Positions 1 to 8,311 of a stretch of 64,000 nucleotides of DNA are shown here, piece by piece (position 1 is the stretch's first letter; the number at the start of each line of letters is the position of its first letter). Origin of the DNA: Candidatus Saccharimonadota bacterium (lineage in GTDB: Bacteria > Patescibacteriota > Saccharimonadia > Saccharimonadales > Saccharimonadaceae). The position numbers and the translations under genes were made by a program. The stretch spans positions 7,037 to 71,036 of the forward strand of contig JBAXUT010000003.1 in the NCBI GenBank assembly GCA_037129535.1, given 5' to 3'. The notes beneath the pieces were generated by a model. The model searched no databases and had not been told where the DNA came from. It saw only the letters and a program-made list of their open reading frames with translations.

Positions 1-27
1 TACCCCAGTACCAATGACGGGTCACTA

Positions 28-55
28 TTGCGGTCAATGTAAGGGACAATATACT
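28..55 (+). promoter_or_regulatory. candidate promoter upstream of dnaJ
   Basis: TTGCGG (28-33), 16-nt spacer, TATACT (50-55), just upstream of the CIRCE palindrome. Confidence 0.3.
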
Positions 56-74
56 AGATAATACAATGTTATGG

Positions 75-101
75 CTAGCACTCTTGAAATAAGAGTGCTA
101 G
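75..101. promoter_or_regulatory. CIRCE (HrcA-type) heat-shock operator
   Basis: CTAGCACTC-N9-GAGTGCTAG, a perfect 9-bp inverted repeat. It matches the CIRCE consensus TTAGCACTC-N9-GAGTGCTAA except at the outermost base pair. It lies 28 nt upstream of dnaJ. Confidence 0.8.
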
Positions 102-128
102 TTCCATACAATAGTAGCTAGATTTATT

Positions 129-1202
129 ATGACAAAAAGAGATTATTACGACATACTTGGTATTCCCAAAACCGCTTCAGATGATGAGATTAAAAAGGCT
201 TATCGCAAAGCGGCAGTTGCGCATCACCCCGACAAAGAGGGTGGCGATGAGGCTAAATTCAAAGAAGCCAGCGAAGCCTACGAAGTTTTGAAGGACAGTG
301 CCAAACGCCAACGCTACGATCAATTCGGCCATGCTGGTGTCGGTGGTAATAGCGGTGGCGGTGGTAACCCGTTCGGTGGTTTTGGTGGATTTAATGGTCA
401 GAATGTTAATTTTGATTTTGGCGAAGGTGGTTTCGGTGATATTTTCAGTCAATTCTTTGGCGGCGGTGCGAGTGGCCGTCAACGCGGTCCGCAGCGCGGT
501 CGTGACGTTGAAGTAACGCTGCAACTGACTTTTGAAGAAGCGGTATTCGGTGTCGAACAGAAAATCGCCATTGATATGGACGATGTTTGTGAACATTGTA
601 AGGGCACAACTGTTGAACCTGGCTATGAATTAAAAACCTGCCCAACCTGTAAAGGTGCCGGTCAGGTCAACCGTGTCATGAACACGATTTTTGGTCCAAT
701 CCAACAAAATACTACTTGTGAAGATTGCGGTGGTCGTGGCAAAATTCCTGAAAAAACCTGTACAGCCTGTCGTGGTCGTGGCGTTCAGAAAGCCAAACGA
801 ACTATTAAATTGAAAGTTCCCGCAGGAATTGATGACGGCGCGACAATCAGATTGTCCGGTCACGGCGAAGCTATCGGCAACGGTCAAAAAGGCGACCTAT
901 ATGTTCATATCCAAGTCCGTGCCCACAAACACTTTACCCGTGAAGGCGATATTATCTTGTCCGAACAGCATATTGATATGATTGCAGCCGCCCTAGGTAC
1001 CGAGATTGAAGTCGCTACAGTTGATGGCAACATACGCATGAAAGTTCCGGCAGGCACGCAATCAGGTGCCGATTTCAAACTATCAGGTCACGGTGTGCCG
1101 CATATGAACAGCGATCGTCGCGGGCCACATATCATCAGTATTATTGTTGACACTCCAACTAAACTTTCACGAAAACAACGCGATATATTGGAACAGTTTT
1201 AG
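129..1202 (+). CDS. dnaJ: chaperone DnaJ
   Basis: J-domain with HPD (AHHPDK), Gly/Phe-rich linker, four CxxCxGxG zinc-finger repeats (CEHCKG, CPTCKG, CEDCGG, CTACRG) and a C-terminal client-binding region. Confidence 0.95.
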   Translation: MTKRDYYDILGIPKTASDDEIKKAYRKAAVAHHPDKEGGDEAKFKEASEAYEVLKDSAKRQRYDQFGHAGVGGNSGGGGNPFGGFGGFNGQNVNFDFGEGGFGDIFSQFFGGGASGRQRGPQRGRDVEVTLQLTFEEAVFGVEQKIAIDMDDVCEHCKGTTVEPGYELKTCPTCKGAGQVNRVMNTIFGPIQQNTTCEDCGGRGKIPEKTCTACRGRGVQKAKRTIKLKVPAGIDDGATIRLSGHGEAIGNGQKGDLYVHIQVRAHKHFTREGDIILSEQHIDMIAAALGTEIEVATVDGNIRMKVPAGTQSGADFKLSGHGVPHMNSDRRGPHIISIIVDTPTKLSRKQRDILEQF

Positions 1203-1204
1203 GT

Positions 1205-1210
1205 TATACT
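1205..1210 (+). promoter_or_regulatory. -10 box (TATACT) 7 nt before ATG 1218; leaderless-type promoter
   Basis: TATACT directly after the dnaJ stop; no Shine-Dalgarno between it and the ATG. Confidence 0.4.
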
Positions 1211-1217
1211 GATAGGT

Positions 1218-2309
1218 ATGAAAGAACCTGAAAAAGTCGCCATTCATGTTATTGGTAAAGAAATAGATAGGCCTTTTCAACGTGGCAATGACCTGTTCGC
1301 CGAAAACTTATCTGACAAATTCGGAATTGAGACTGTCATTGTACCAGGTAGTGCTGGTGCATACGACAAGGTTGACCAAGATATCATCCTGGGCCACCCC
1401 ATAATCGATGCCCGGCGGGGGAATAAACTAGGTAAGCTACAAGAATTTGCGTTAGGCAAAAGTGGAGTAGCGGCCGAAAGAACCAAGGTGATATTGTCTA
1501 GTGGCCTGGAAGAAAAAATCCCGTTAATCAATGGTCCAAAATTATGGGGAATGGACACAAAATGGCATCAATACGAACTAGCGCATGAATACATGCCCAG
1601 AACCGTCAAGGTTGCGGCTAGCGAGCCATTTGACCCCGAGAGTGCTAATACGTTGCAGGGCAAAAACCTGTTTGTGAAAGCTAATTCATCTGGCGGTGGG
1701 TCACAGAATGTTGATAAGGTTGCACGCAGTGAAGTTGCAAATGCCATTTTTAATATGAGATCTAAATTCGCTGCCGCAGAAATTGCCAATAACAAAGCCA
1801 TAAAAGATAAAGATATAATTATCCAAGAAGACGTCCCAGGTATGTCACTGGCTGGTGACCTAGTAGCGATTGATGAGGACAGCGAGCGAAAACTGGCTAA
1901 TTCTAAAAATACAGAGCTCCGTGTGTATTGCTATGTTGTTAACGGCGTTGAGCTACCAGCAAGCGAGCGACATTACGCAACGGCTCGATTATTTGAAGGT
2001 ATTCAAAAAGACGATTGGGCCTATATAGATCAGGACAGCGTACCTCAGGAAGCTTGGGATATTGCCGATGAAGTTGCAGATAGGATTATTAAAAAAACTA
2101 ATGCCCCTGGCGGTTTCTTTGCAGTGGATTTGATAAAAGGCGATGCAGGTGACGGCCGAGGCCCACGAATGTTGGTCCGAGAAATTAATATAGCCAAGCC
2201 AGTTCTGGTTAGTGCAAAAGATAATTATCGTGATGCTGTCGCGCAAAATTGGCGGTTGGCAAATGTTGTGGATGCTATGATCAAAAACGACCATGATTTC
2301 CGTCAATAA
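1218..2309 (+). CDS. divergent ATP-grasp fold ligase, substrate unknown
   Basis: ATP-grasp-like motif order read by eye: DTKWHQYELAHEYMPRT, LFVKANSSGGGSQNV, IIIQEDVPG, ELRVYCYVVNG, FFAVDL...MLVREINIAKP. It is the first of three consecutive ATP-grasp genes. Confidence 0.5.
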   Translation: MKEPEKVAIHVIGKEIDRPFQRGNDLFAENLSDKFGIETVIVPGSAGAYDKVDQDIILGHPIIDARRGNKLGKLQEFALGKSGVAAERTKVILSSGLEEKIPLINGPKLWGMDTKWHQYELAHEYMPRTVKVAASEPFDPESANTLQGKNLFVKANSSGGGSQNVDKVARSEVANAIFNMRSKFAAAEIANNKAIKDKDIIIQEDVPGMSLAGDLVAIDEDSERKLANSKNTELRVYCYVVNGVELPASERHYATARLFEGIQKDDWAYIDQDSVPQEAWDIADEVADRIIKKTNAPGGFFAVDLIKGDAGDGRGPRMLVREINIAKPVLVSAKDNYRDAVAQNWRLANVVDAMIKNDHDFRQ

Positions 2310-2335
2310 GATATCTGTTAATCAGGCCTTTTGGT

Positions 2336-2365
2336 ATTGACAAAACAGGGTATACTATGTTATTA
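2336..2365 (+). promoter_or_regulatory. candidate promoter TTGACA-18-TATTAT
   Basis: TTGACA at 2336 with TATTAT 18 nt downstream; roughly 100-nt leader ending in an AAAGGTGG Shine-Dalgarno before ATG 2464. Confidence 0.35.
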
Positions 2366-2463
2366 TATCGCAGTAAATGGGTAATTTGCCATTGTTAAGT
2401 TTTAACCCGGCAAAAAACTATATATTAACCAGTAATTTGTAACATATCGAAAGGTGGTGTGGC

Positions 2464-4740
2464 ATGAAATTGACGATAATTGCAGAGCCAAATGGCATTC
2501 ATCAGCAAGAGTTGATAGATTCCGCTAAACGAAAAGGTTTAGAAGTCGAGACTATAGGTGTCGATTCGTTAGATGTGTCTACAAAAAAGGTTAGTTCTAA
2601 ATTAGGTGATGCAGTTGTATGGCGCAGTTCCAAATTGGATATACGATCTGAACGTCCAGCACTAAAATCAGCATTAAAAAACAAGATTGTCGTTAGCGAC
2701 ACGGTGTTTGAGTCACCTGCTGTTTATTTCAAATATTACCAACAGCAAATATTGCAACATGAACCTGCGACCGCTAAATGGAGTATTCCTACATTTCGTT
2801 TTGCAAAATCCGATTCATTGATAAAAGCTATCGACGAAGGTTTGTTAAAATTGCCAATCATTGCAAAGCCAAACGCTGGTTCGCGCGGTGACGGCATATT
2901 ATTGATCAAAGAATTGTCAGATATTAAAACTATTGGTAAATTGAGCGATTTTGTATTCCAAAGCTTTATCCCAAATGATGGTGATTGGCGTGTGGTTATT
3001 GTCGGCGGTGCGCCTATTGGCGTTTTGTTACGACAACGCAAAGGCGATCAATTTATCAATAATATATCCAAAGGTGCTAGTGGCAGTATCGAATTGGACC
3101 CGGGTACTTTGTATATGGTTCGCAAGATTTCATCTAAAGTTGCTTCCCTGTTCCACGCTACTTTCTGTGGAGTTGATATTATCCGAAACGCCGAGACTGG
3201 CGAGTATTCGGTTCTAGAAGTAAACACCGCACCACAATGGTTCGGTGAAAACGGATTCCAATCGATTACTGGTGTCCAGGTTGCGGATGCGATCGTTGAT
3301 TGGATAATTGAACGCGACCATGTCAAAAAAGTAGGTGTTCCTAGCGCAGTCGAATCTTATTACAAAAACCGTATTCATCAGATTCCGTCTGAGGCGTTTC
3401 ACTTTGCTTCTAGGATGTGGTTGTGGACGGGTGATAGTTGGGCTCGCAAACAATTAGACATTATGCAGGAAAGTTTCATCGGTCTGACAGATGCGGATAT
3501 TGATGCCCGAATCCAGAAAATTGTTGAGACTGCCACGAATCGCTCACAGGGTGTAAATCAGAAAAAAGCATTTCGTAAGGAAGCTTTTGAAAAACATGAT
3601 AAATTGTCGCTGTATAACGCACTGTTATTCAAAACTGTTTTCTGTGACAGTGTTTATGATCTAGATATTCGTCCGTTCATTCGCAAATATGTTTCGGACA
3701 AAGACTTTATCGATCAGTTCAATAAATTAATTGATGATGGTGATTCGATTCGATTGATGTCGACTCATGCAATCAATTATTTTTACTTGTTAAAGAATTA
3801 TTTCAAAGACAAAATTAGTCTGTCTAGTTCGGTTCTAGTGACGCCGGGCGAGATATTAAAATTGCTACCAGGTTACAAGAACCTAGAAAAATCTGGGATA
3901 ATCGACCGTGAACGTAGTATCAAATTACAGATATATCTGTTGACCCACGCTATTATCGGCGCGTCCAGGTTCTACGCTAGGCGAGTTCGTGCGGCGCATT
4001 TCATTACATTCTGTAAAAAGATTGAACGATTAATTAAAAATAATTATTACGATATTTCGTTAGACAACAAATTAGAGTTTTTGGTATGTAGCCAGATATG
4101 TGGTTATGAATCTACGATTCGACAGGCTATCGAACAAGAAGCTGAACAATCAGTTTCCTGGGCTGGTAATTTCTTGGTTGATACATTAAATACACATACA
4201 TCAATAACCGGTAACTGTTTGCGGATATCAGAACATCGTAACGTCCTGTATTTGATGTCACAGCATCAGTTTGTTCGCGATACTACCAAAAAGACTTTCA
4301 GGTCACTACCAGAACTGCCATCTATCGGACGTTTGGCACGAATTAAATTGCCGGACTATGACATTAGGCGTGCAATCGCCAGGGTTGATTCGGGGGCTAC
4401 TAGTTCATCAATTGATGCATCAAATATATATATTCGTGATGGCAAATTGCACTTTACATTGTTCAACGAAAACAACCCGCTATATACCGGTAAAGAGTTC
4501 GTGACCGGAGATTTCAAGAATGCAAAAATGAAAAATACAACTGGGCACCAAGAAAGGTATGCGGTTGTGTTAAAATTTGAGTTAGGCAATCAAGCTTATG
4601 ATGTGTTATTCGCGTTGGCTGACCGACGCAAGATGTTGTACCCGATACTGTTGGGTCGCAATTTCCTGAAAGGTCGCTATACCGTAAACACTGCCCGACA
4701 GTTTATTGAAAAATCTATTAAAAGGACGAAAGGTAATTAA
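2464..4740 (+). CDS. fusion protein: RimK-like ATP-grasp ligase + uncharacterised helical middle domain + C-terminal retropepsin-like (RimB / PF05618-type) domain
   Basis: The N-terminal ~290 aa have RimK-type motifs (IIAKPNAGSRGDGILLIKE, DWRVVIVGG, VLEVNTAPQW). The C-terminal ~140 aa match the putative ATP-dependent zinc protease/retropepsin pattern (RVDSGATSSSIDASNIYI...GKLHFTL...ADRRKMLYPILLGRNFLKGRYTVN). The ~350 aa in between have no motif I recognise. Confidence 0.7.
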   Translation: MKLTIIAEPNGIHQQELIDSAKRKGLEVETIGVDSLDVSTKKVSSKLGDAVVWRSSKLDIRSERPALKSALKNKIVVSDTVFESPAVYFKYYQQQILQHEPATAKWSIPTFRFAKSDSLIKAIDEGLLKLPIIAKPNAGSRGDGILLIKELSDIKTIGKLSDFVFQSFIPNDGDWRVVIVGGAPIGVLLRQRKGDQFINNISKGASGSIELDPGTLYMVRKISSKVASLFHATFCGVDIIRNAETGEYSVLEVNTAPQWFGENGFQSITGVQVADAIVDWIIERDHVKKVGVPSAVESYYKNRIHQIPSEAFHFASRMWLWTGDSWARKQLDIMQESFIGLTDADIDARIQKIVETATNRSQGVNQKKAFRKEAFEKHDKLSLYNALLFKTVFCDSVYDLDIRPFIRKYVSDKDFIDQFNKLIDDGDSIRLMSTHAINYFYLLKNYFKDKISLSSSVLVTPGEILKLLPGYKNLEKSGIIDRERSIKLQIYLLTHAIIGASRFYARRVRAAHFITFCKKIERLIKNNYYDISLDNKLEFLVCSQICGYESTIRQAIEQEAEQSVSWAGNFLVDTLNTHTSITGNCLRISEHRNVLYLMSQHQFVRDTTKKTFRSLPELPSIGRLARIKLPDYDIRRAIARVDSGATSSSIDASNIYIRDGKLHFTLFNENNPLYTGKEFVTGDFKNAKMKNTTGHQERYAVVLKFELGNQAYDVLFALADRRKMLYPILLGRNFLKGRYTVNTARQFIEKSIKRTKGN

Positions 4741-4741
4741 T

Positions 4742-5653
4742 ATGAAAATTGTAATTCTATCAAATGGTCCTGGAAATTATTCAACAAAACGATTAAAAGA
4801 AGAAGCTATTGCTCGTGGTCACAGCGTCAAGGTTGTAAAATACCGCGAATGCTATGCTTCTATCGAACAGAATCATCCAACGGTTAGTTATCGTGGTGAA
4901 GACCTGATTGATTTTGACGCGGTTATCCCTAGGATTGCTTGTAATATGACAAAATATGGCACAGCAATCGTACGTCAATTGGAGATGCAAGGTGTTTACA
5001 CTGTGTCCAGCTCGATAGCGATTAATCGTTCGCGCGATAAATTGCGCAGTCTGCAGTTATTGGCAAAATCAGGTGTTGGTATCCCAAAGACAGTTGTATC
5101 ACGCAACACAACTGATATTGATGACTTATTAGAGCAATTAGGCGGTATGCCAGTTATTATCAAATTGGCCCGTGGTACCCATGGTAATGGCGTAGTGTTG
5201 GCCGAGACTAAAAAGGCTGCCAAATCTGTATTGCAGGCGTTCTATCTAACTAATGATGACGGCACAAACATTTTGTTGCAAGAATTCATCAAAGAATCTG
5301 CAGGTACTGATATCCGTGCATTTGTTGTCGGTAGCCGTGTGGTTGCCAGTATGAAACGCCAAAGCCTGGATGATGATTTTCGTTCAAACCTACACAAAGG
5401 CGGTGAAGGTACAACTATCAAATTAACAGACGAAGAAAAGAAAGTAGCCGTAAAGGCTGCCAAAGCTATGGGATTGAACGTTGCAGGTGTTGACATGATG
5501 CGATCTGAACGCGGCCCATTGGTGCTGGAAGTAAATGCCAGCCCTGGGTTCGGTATCGAAAAGGTGACTGGACGAAATGTCGCTGGTCCGATAATTGAAT
5601 ATATCGAACAAAACGCCAAACGCAATAACAAAAAAGACAAAGTTGGTGCCTAG
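4742..5653 (+). CDS. rimK: RimK-family alpha-L-glutamate ligase (ribosomal protein S6 modification-type)
   Basis: MKIVILS...STKRLKEEAIARGH..., IIKLARGTHGNGVVLAE, DIRAFVVG, VLEVNASPG. ATG 4742 chosen over the track start 4706, which overlaps the upstream gene. Confidence 0.85.
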   Translation: MKIVILSNGPGNYSTKRLKEEAIARGHSVKVVKYRECYASIEQNHPTVSYRGEDLIDFDAVIPRIACNMTKYGTAIVRQLEMQGVYTVSSSIAINRSRDKLRSLQLLAKSGVGIPKTVVSRNTTDIDDLLEQLGGMPVIIKLARGTHGNGVVLAETKKAAKSVLQAFYLTNDDGTNILLQEFIKESAGTDIRAFVVGSRVVASMKRQSLDDDFRSNLHKGGEGTTIKLTDEEKKVAVKAAKAMGLNVAGVDMMRSERGPLVLEVNASPGFGIEKVTGRNVAGPIIEYIEQNAKRNNKKDKVGA

Positions 5654-5730
5654 ATAATAATAAACCCATTGCGTCAAGCGGTAATATATGATACAATGTA
5701 TTTGCATTAATTAAAAGGAGTTATCTTATT

Positions 5731-6873
5731 ATGCTAAAGCTAAATAAATTTAAAGGTTTAATTGTTCTCTCTGTATTATTCAGTTCATTATGTCTATCAT
5801 TTTTAATGAGCCAATCGACCGGCGCCGTTATATATAATAGAACTTACGGTGTAGCGCAGCCAACTGCTACAGTGGCAACATGTTCTGCTGTCATGGGTCC
5901 TATCCCTCAACCAACACCAAATGTAAATTGTTTTTCAAAAATACAACCAGCAATTGATGCGGCGCAGGCAAACGATGTTATCAAGGTTGGACCTGGGACT
6001 TATAATGAAAAATTAAGTATTAACAAAAAGCTTACCTTGACCGGTGCTAGCGGCAGCAGGACTATTGTCAATGCGGGCGGAAACAGTGGCATACCTGGCG
6101 ACAACGAAGGTCTAAAATCTGTAGGCACGTATGGTGTGACGATCGATGGTTTTACTTTTAAAAATTCATCTTTCGCTAAGGCTGCTATTTTTTTGGATAG
6201 GACCACAAACTTTACTGTTAAAAACAGTAAGTTTATAGATAATTTTTACGGTATCAAAATGATAGGCGGGACCACTAATACCCTGTCAAACAATATATTT
6301 ACAAACACAAACCCTTATGGTGGTTCATACGCGATTATATTGCAAAATCTAGAATATACGACTTTTGGTAACAAGACTATGTGCTCAAACCGGCACAATA
6401 TTTACAATAACAACATTGTCAGCCCATCAGATGGTATATATTTGGGTGAAAATTGTGACGGCAATGTGCTGACGGGTAACACCATCTCTGCGCCCAGGGG
6501 TATGGCTGTAAATATTTGGGGATCGGATAATAATACATTAACTGGTAATACAATACAAAATTCCAAACAAGCAGTTGTATTCTATGGTGCCCAAAACAAC
6601 ACATTAACTTCAAACAACATTGTGAATAATAATCAGGCTTTCCAGGTTGATGCTATATTGGGCAAAATTCCATCTGAAGGCAACGTAGTTAACGCCAATA
6701 ATATTACTGGTAATACTACACTTGTGAAACAAGGTGTGGGTAATGGAAGTTCATATTTCAACGTAATGAATAACTGGTGGGGAACAACTGTTGAATCAGA
6801 GATTACATCAAAGTTCGCAGTTACTAATATCAATTCGATATTGTATGCGCCTTACGCAATAGCTCCATTCTAA
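5731..6873 (+). CDS. secreted right-handed parallel beta-helix repeat protein (NosD/pectate-lyase-like fold)
   Basis: N-terminal signal-like hydrophobic segment and repeated ~22-aa N/G/T-rich units (NxxxxNxI, LTGNTI, LTSNNI). AAAGGAG Shine-Dalgarno upstream. Confidence 0.6.
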   Translation: MLKLNKFKGLIVLSVLFSSLCLSFLMSQSTGAVIYNRTYGVAQPTATVATCSAVMGPIPQPTPNVNCFSKIQPAIDAAQANDVIKVGPGTYNEKLSINKKLTLTGASGSRTIVNAGGNSGIPGDNEGLKSVGTYGVTIDGFTFKNSSFAKAAIFLDRTTNFTVKNSKFIDNFYGIKMIGGTTNTLSNNIFTNTNPYGGSYAIILQNLEYTTFGNKTMCSNRHNIYNNNIVSPSDGIYLGENCDGNVLTGNTISAPRGMAVNIWGSDNNTLTGNTIQNSKQAVVFYGAQNNTLTSNNIVNNNQAFQVDAILGKIPSEGNVVNANNITGNTTLVKQGVGNGSSYFNVMNNWWGTTVESEITSKFAVTNINSILYAPYAIAPF

Positions 6874-6906
6874 ACTAGACAACATTTTATATATGATTTA
6901 GAGCGG

Positions 6907-6915
6907 TGCTATAAT
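6907..6915 (+). promoter_or_regulatory. extended -10 (TGCTATAAT) 7 nt before ATG 6923
   Basis: TGnTATAAT with no Shine-Dalgarno before the ATG. Confidence 0.5.
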
Positions 6916-6922
6916 AGTGCTT

Positions 6923-7402
6923 ATGGAAGTAATTCTAATATGTATTGCTATGGCCACCGCCCTTTTTGTGGCAGCATTTTTGACGAAACGTAGGTTCGGC
7001 TTACTGGGGTTGGCACTAGCTGCTGGATCAATATTGAGTAGTGTTTGGGGTGATGATTTGGGTATGGTTGCTAGTGGTCTTGGTATACCGCAAGGGCCAA
7101 TGACATCTGCGATTGTGCTGGCAGCGATTATAATGTTACCTCCATTCGTGCTGTTATTCCACGGATATACATATAAAAATCATCTAGCACGGATTGCTGG
7201 AGCTATAATGTTTACCATACTGGCATTGGCGTTTTTAATTGAGCCTCTGGGTCATATATTAGTTCTAACTGGAACGGGCGCAGATGTTTATAATTGGCTC
7301 GTTGATAACCGTACATTAATTATTGGTGCAGGGTTAATATTAGCTGTATTTGATTTGTTTTTGACCAAACCAGTTCACAAGCTGGAAAAGAAAAAACATT
7401 GA
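6923..7402 (+). CDS. small integral membrane protein (4-5 TM helices)
   Basis: Hydrophobic throughout. ATG 6923 preferred to GTG 6917 because of the -10 box position. Confidence 0.6.
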   Translation: MEVILICIAMATALFVAAFLTKRRFGLLGLALAAGSILSSVWGDDLGMVASGLGIPQGPMTSAIVLAAIIMLPPFVLLFHGYTYKNHLARIAGAIMFTILALAFLIEPLGHILVLTGTGADVYNWLVDNRTLIIGAGLILAVFDLFLTKPVHKLEKKKH

Positions 7403-7438
7403 CGAATCACCCCTAGTAATGTATATTATTTAAGATAT

Positions 7439-7515
7439 GAGGTCGTAGCTCAGTTGGTTAGAGCGCCTGCCTTTTAAGCAGGATGTCGTGAGTTCAAGTC
7501 TCACCGACCTCACCA
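7439..7515 (+). tRNA. tRNA-Lys (anticodon UUU), CCA encoded
   Basis: Cloverleaf folded by hand: acceptor GAGGTCG/CGACCTC, anticodon arm CCTGC-CTTTTAA-GCAGG, T arm GTGAG-TTCAAGT-CTCAC; 77 nt. Confidence 0.95.
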
Positions 7516-7552
7516 AAATAAAATACCTATCGGCTGATAGGTATTTTATTTT
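7516..7552 (+). terminator. A-tract/hairpin/T-tract (bidirectional-type) terminator
   Basis: AAAATAAAATACCTATC-GGCT-GATAGGTATTTTATTTT. Confidence 0.7.
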
Positions 7553-7554
7553 GG

Positions 7555-7720
7555 TGAAACCCTGTTGGGGTTTGGACTCACGACTTTTTGCGGAGCAAAA
7601 ATAGTCGTGAGGTCGCGTAATGCAGCGAAATAAAAATATGTTTACATGTTTTTATGAGCAAATGGAGGAGTGGAGATTTATCTCAAGATAAATCGGAGCG
7701 ATAGTTCTCACCGACCTCAC
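7555..7720 (+). repeat. tRNA-linked structured element, copy E1
   Basis: Hairpin H1 spans 7574-7614. The conserved core contains an 11-bp hairpin (7630-7655, loop TTTA) followed by GGAGGAG (7664-7670). The element ends in TCTCACCGACCTCAC (7706-7720), which is identical to tRNA positions 7499-7513. Confidence 0.7.
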
Positions 7721-7729
7721 GGGCTTTTT

Positions 7730-7738
7730 TGCTATACT
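7730..7738 (+). promoter_or_regulatory. extended -10 (TGCTATACT) 6 nt before ATG 7745
   Basis: TGnTATACT with no Shine-Dalgarno. Confidence 0.5.
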
Positions 7739-7744
7739 ATACCT

Positions 7745-8302
7745 ATGAACTTAGTAAAACTATCTGACTACGACATCAAAAGCATTAACTATTATTGGCG
7801 GCGCCGGGCTAATTTTAATATAACCGAATCTGAATTAGCCACTGTCGGTGTAACTAGTGACGATGCATTGGTTGATGTTAGTTTGATTCCAAAGCTGCAA
7901 CAGGCGAATGAATTATTGCAGCCAATGGGTTATGAGCTAATAGTCAAAGATGCCTACAGGTCAAAAGAATTGTATGATCTAGTCCGACGAAAACGTTATG
8001 AGAATGACGGGCAAGAAGTCACGGATCAAACCCTCAGCAAAACTAGGATGCCTCATGCCACTGGTTTGGCAGTAGATGTTAATTTGGTAGATTTGGCAAC
8101 GGGTGCTGAAATTGAGACTTGGGATAAAGCCGATTGGCCTGATGGTATATTCGTCGGGTTTTACAAAGATAAAACTGATGCAACCAGTCAGCGCTATCAA
8201 CAATTGCAAGATTTATTAATTGATGTGATGCAAAAAGCTGGCTTTAAATCAGGTCCAAAAAACGAATTTCATCATTTTGAATTGCCGCAAAACGAATTAT
8301 AA
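7745..8302 (+). CDS. M15-family D-alanyl-D-alanine dipeptidase/carboxypeptidase (VanX/DdpX-like)
   Basis: Zinc-site motifs PHATGLAVD (HxxGxAxD) and EFHHFE. ATG 7745 preferred; the track start GTG 7670 lies inside the tRNA-linked element. Confidence 0.75.
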   Translation: MNLVKLSDYDIKSINYYWRRRANFNITESELATVGVTSDDALVDVSLIPKLQQANELLQPMGYELIVKDAYRSKELYDLVRRKRYENDGQEVTDQTLSKTRMPHATGLAVDVNLVDLATGAEIETWDKADWPDGIFVGFYKDKTDATSQRYQQLQDLLIDVMQKAGFKSGPKNEFHHFELPQNEL

Positions 8303-8311
8303 TCATTATCA

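Noticed and set aside
4706-4741. Upstream-extended starts given in the ORF track (4706, 6917, 7670, 15032, 17316, 17921, 28164, 31298, 43931, 51593, 55165, 57262, 62218)
   Set aside because: Each extension overlaps the preceding gene, a tRNA-linked element or an antisense gene. An internal ATG with a -10 box or SD at the proper distance fits better, so internal starts were used.
7664-7744. Idea that the conserved GGAGGAG in the tRNA-linked elements is a ribosome-binding site for a small peptide
   Set aside because: Candidate start codons downstream differ in spacing (0 to 9 nt). The resulting ORFs (3, 15, 27 codons, or an in-frame run-in to the M15 peptidase) share no sequence. Coding is therefore not conserved, and the motif is more likely RNA or DNA structure.
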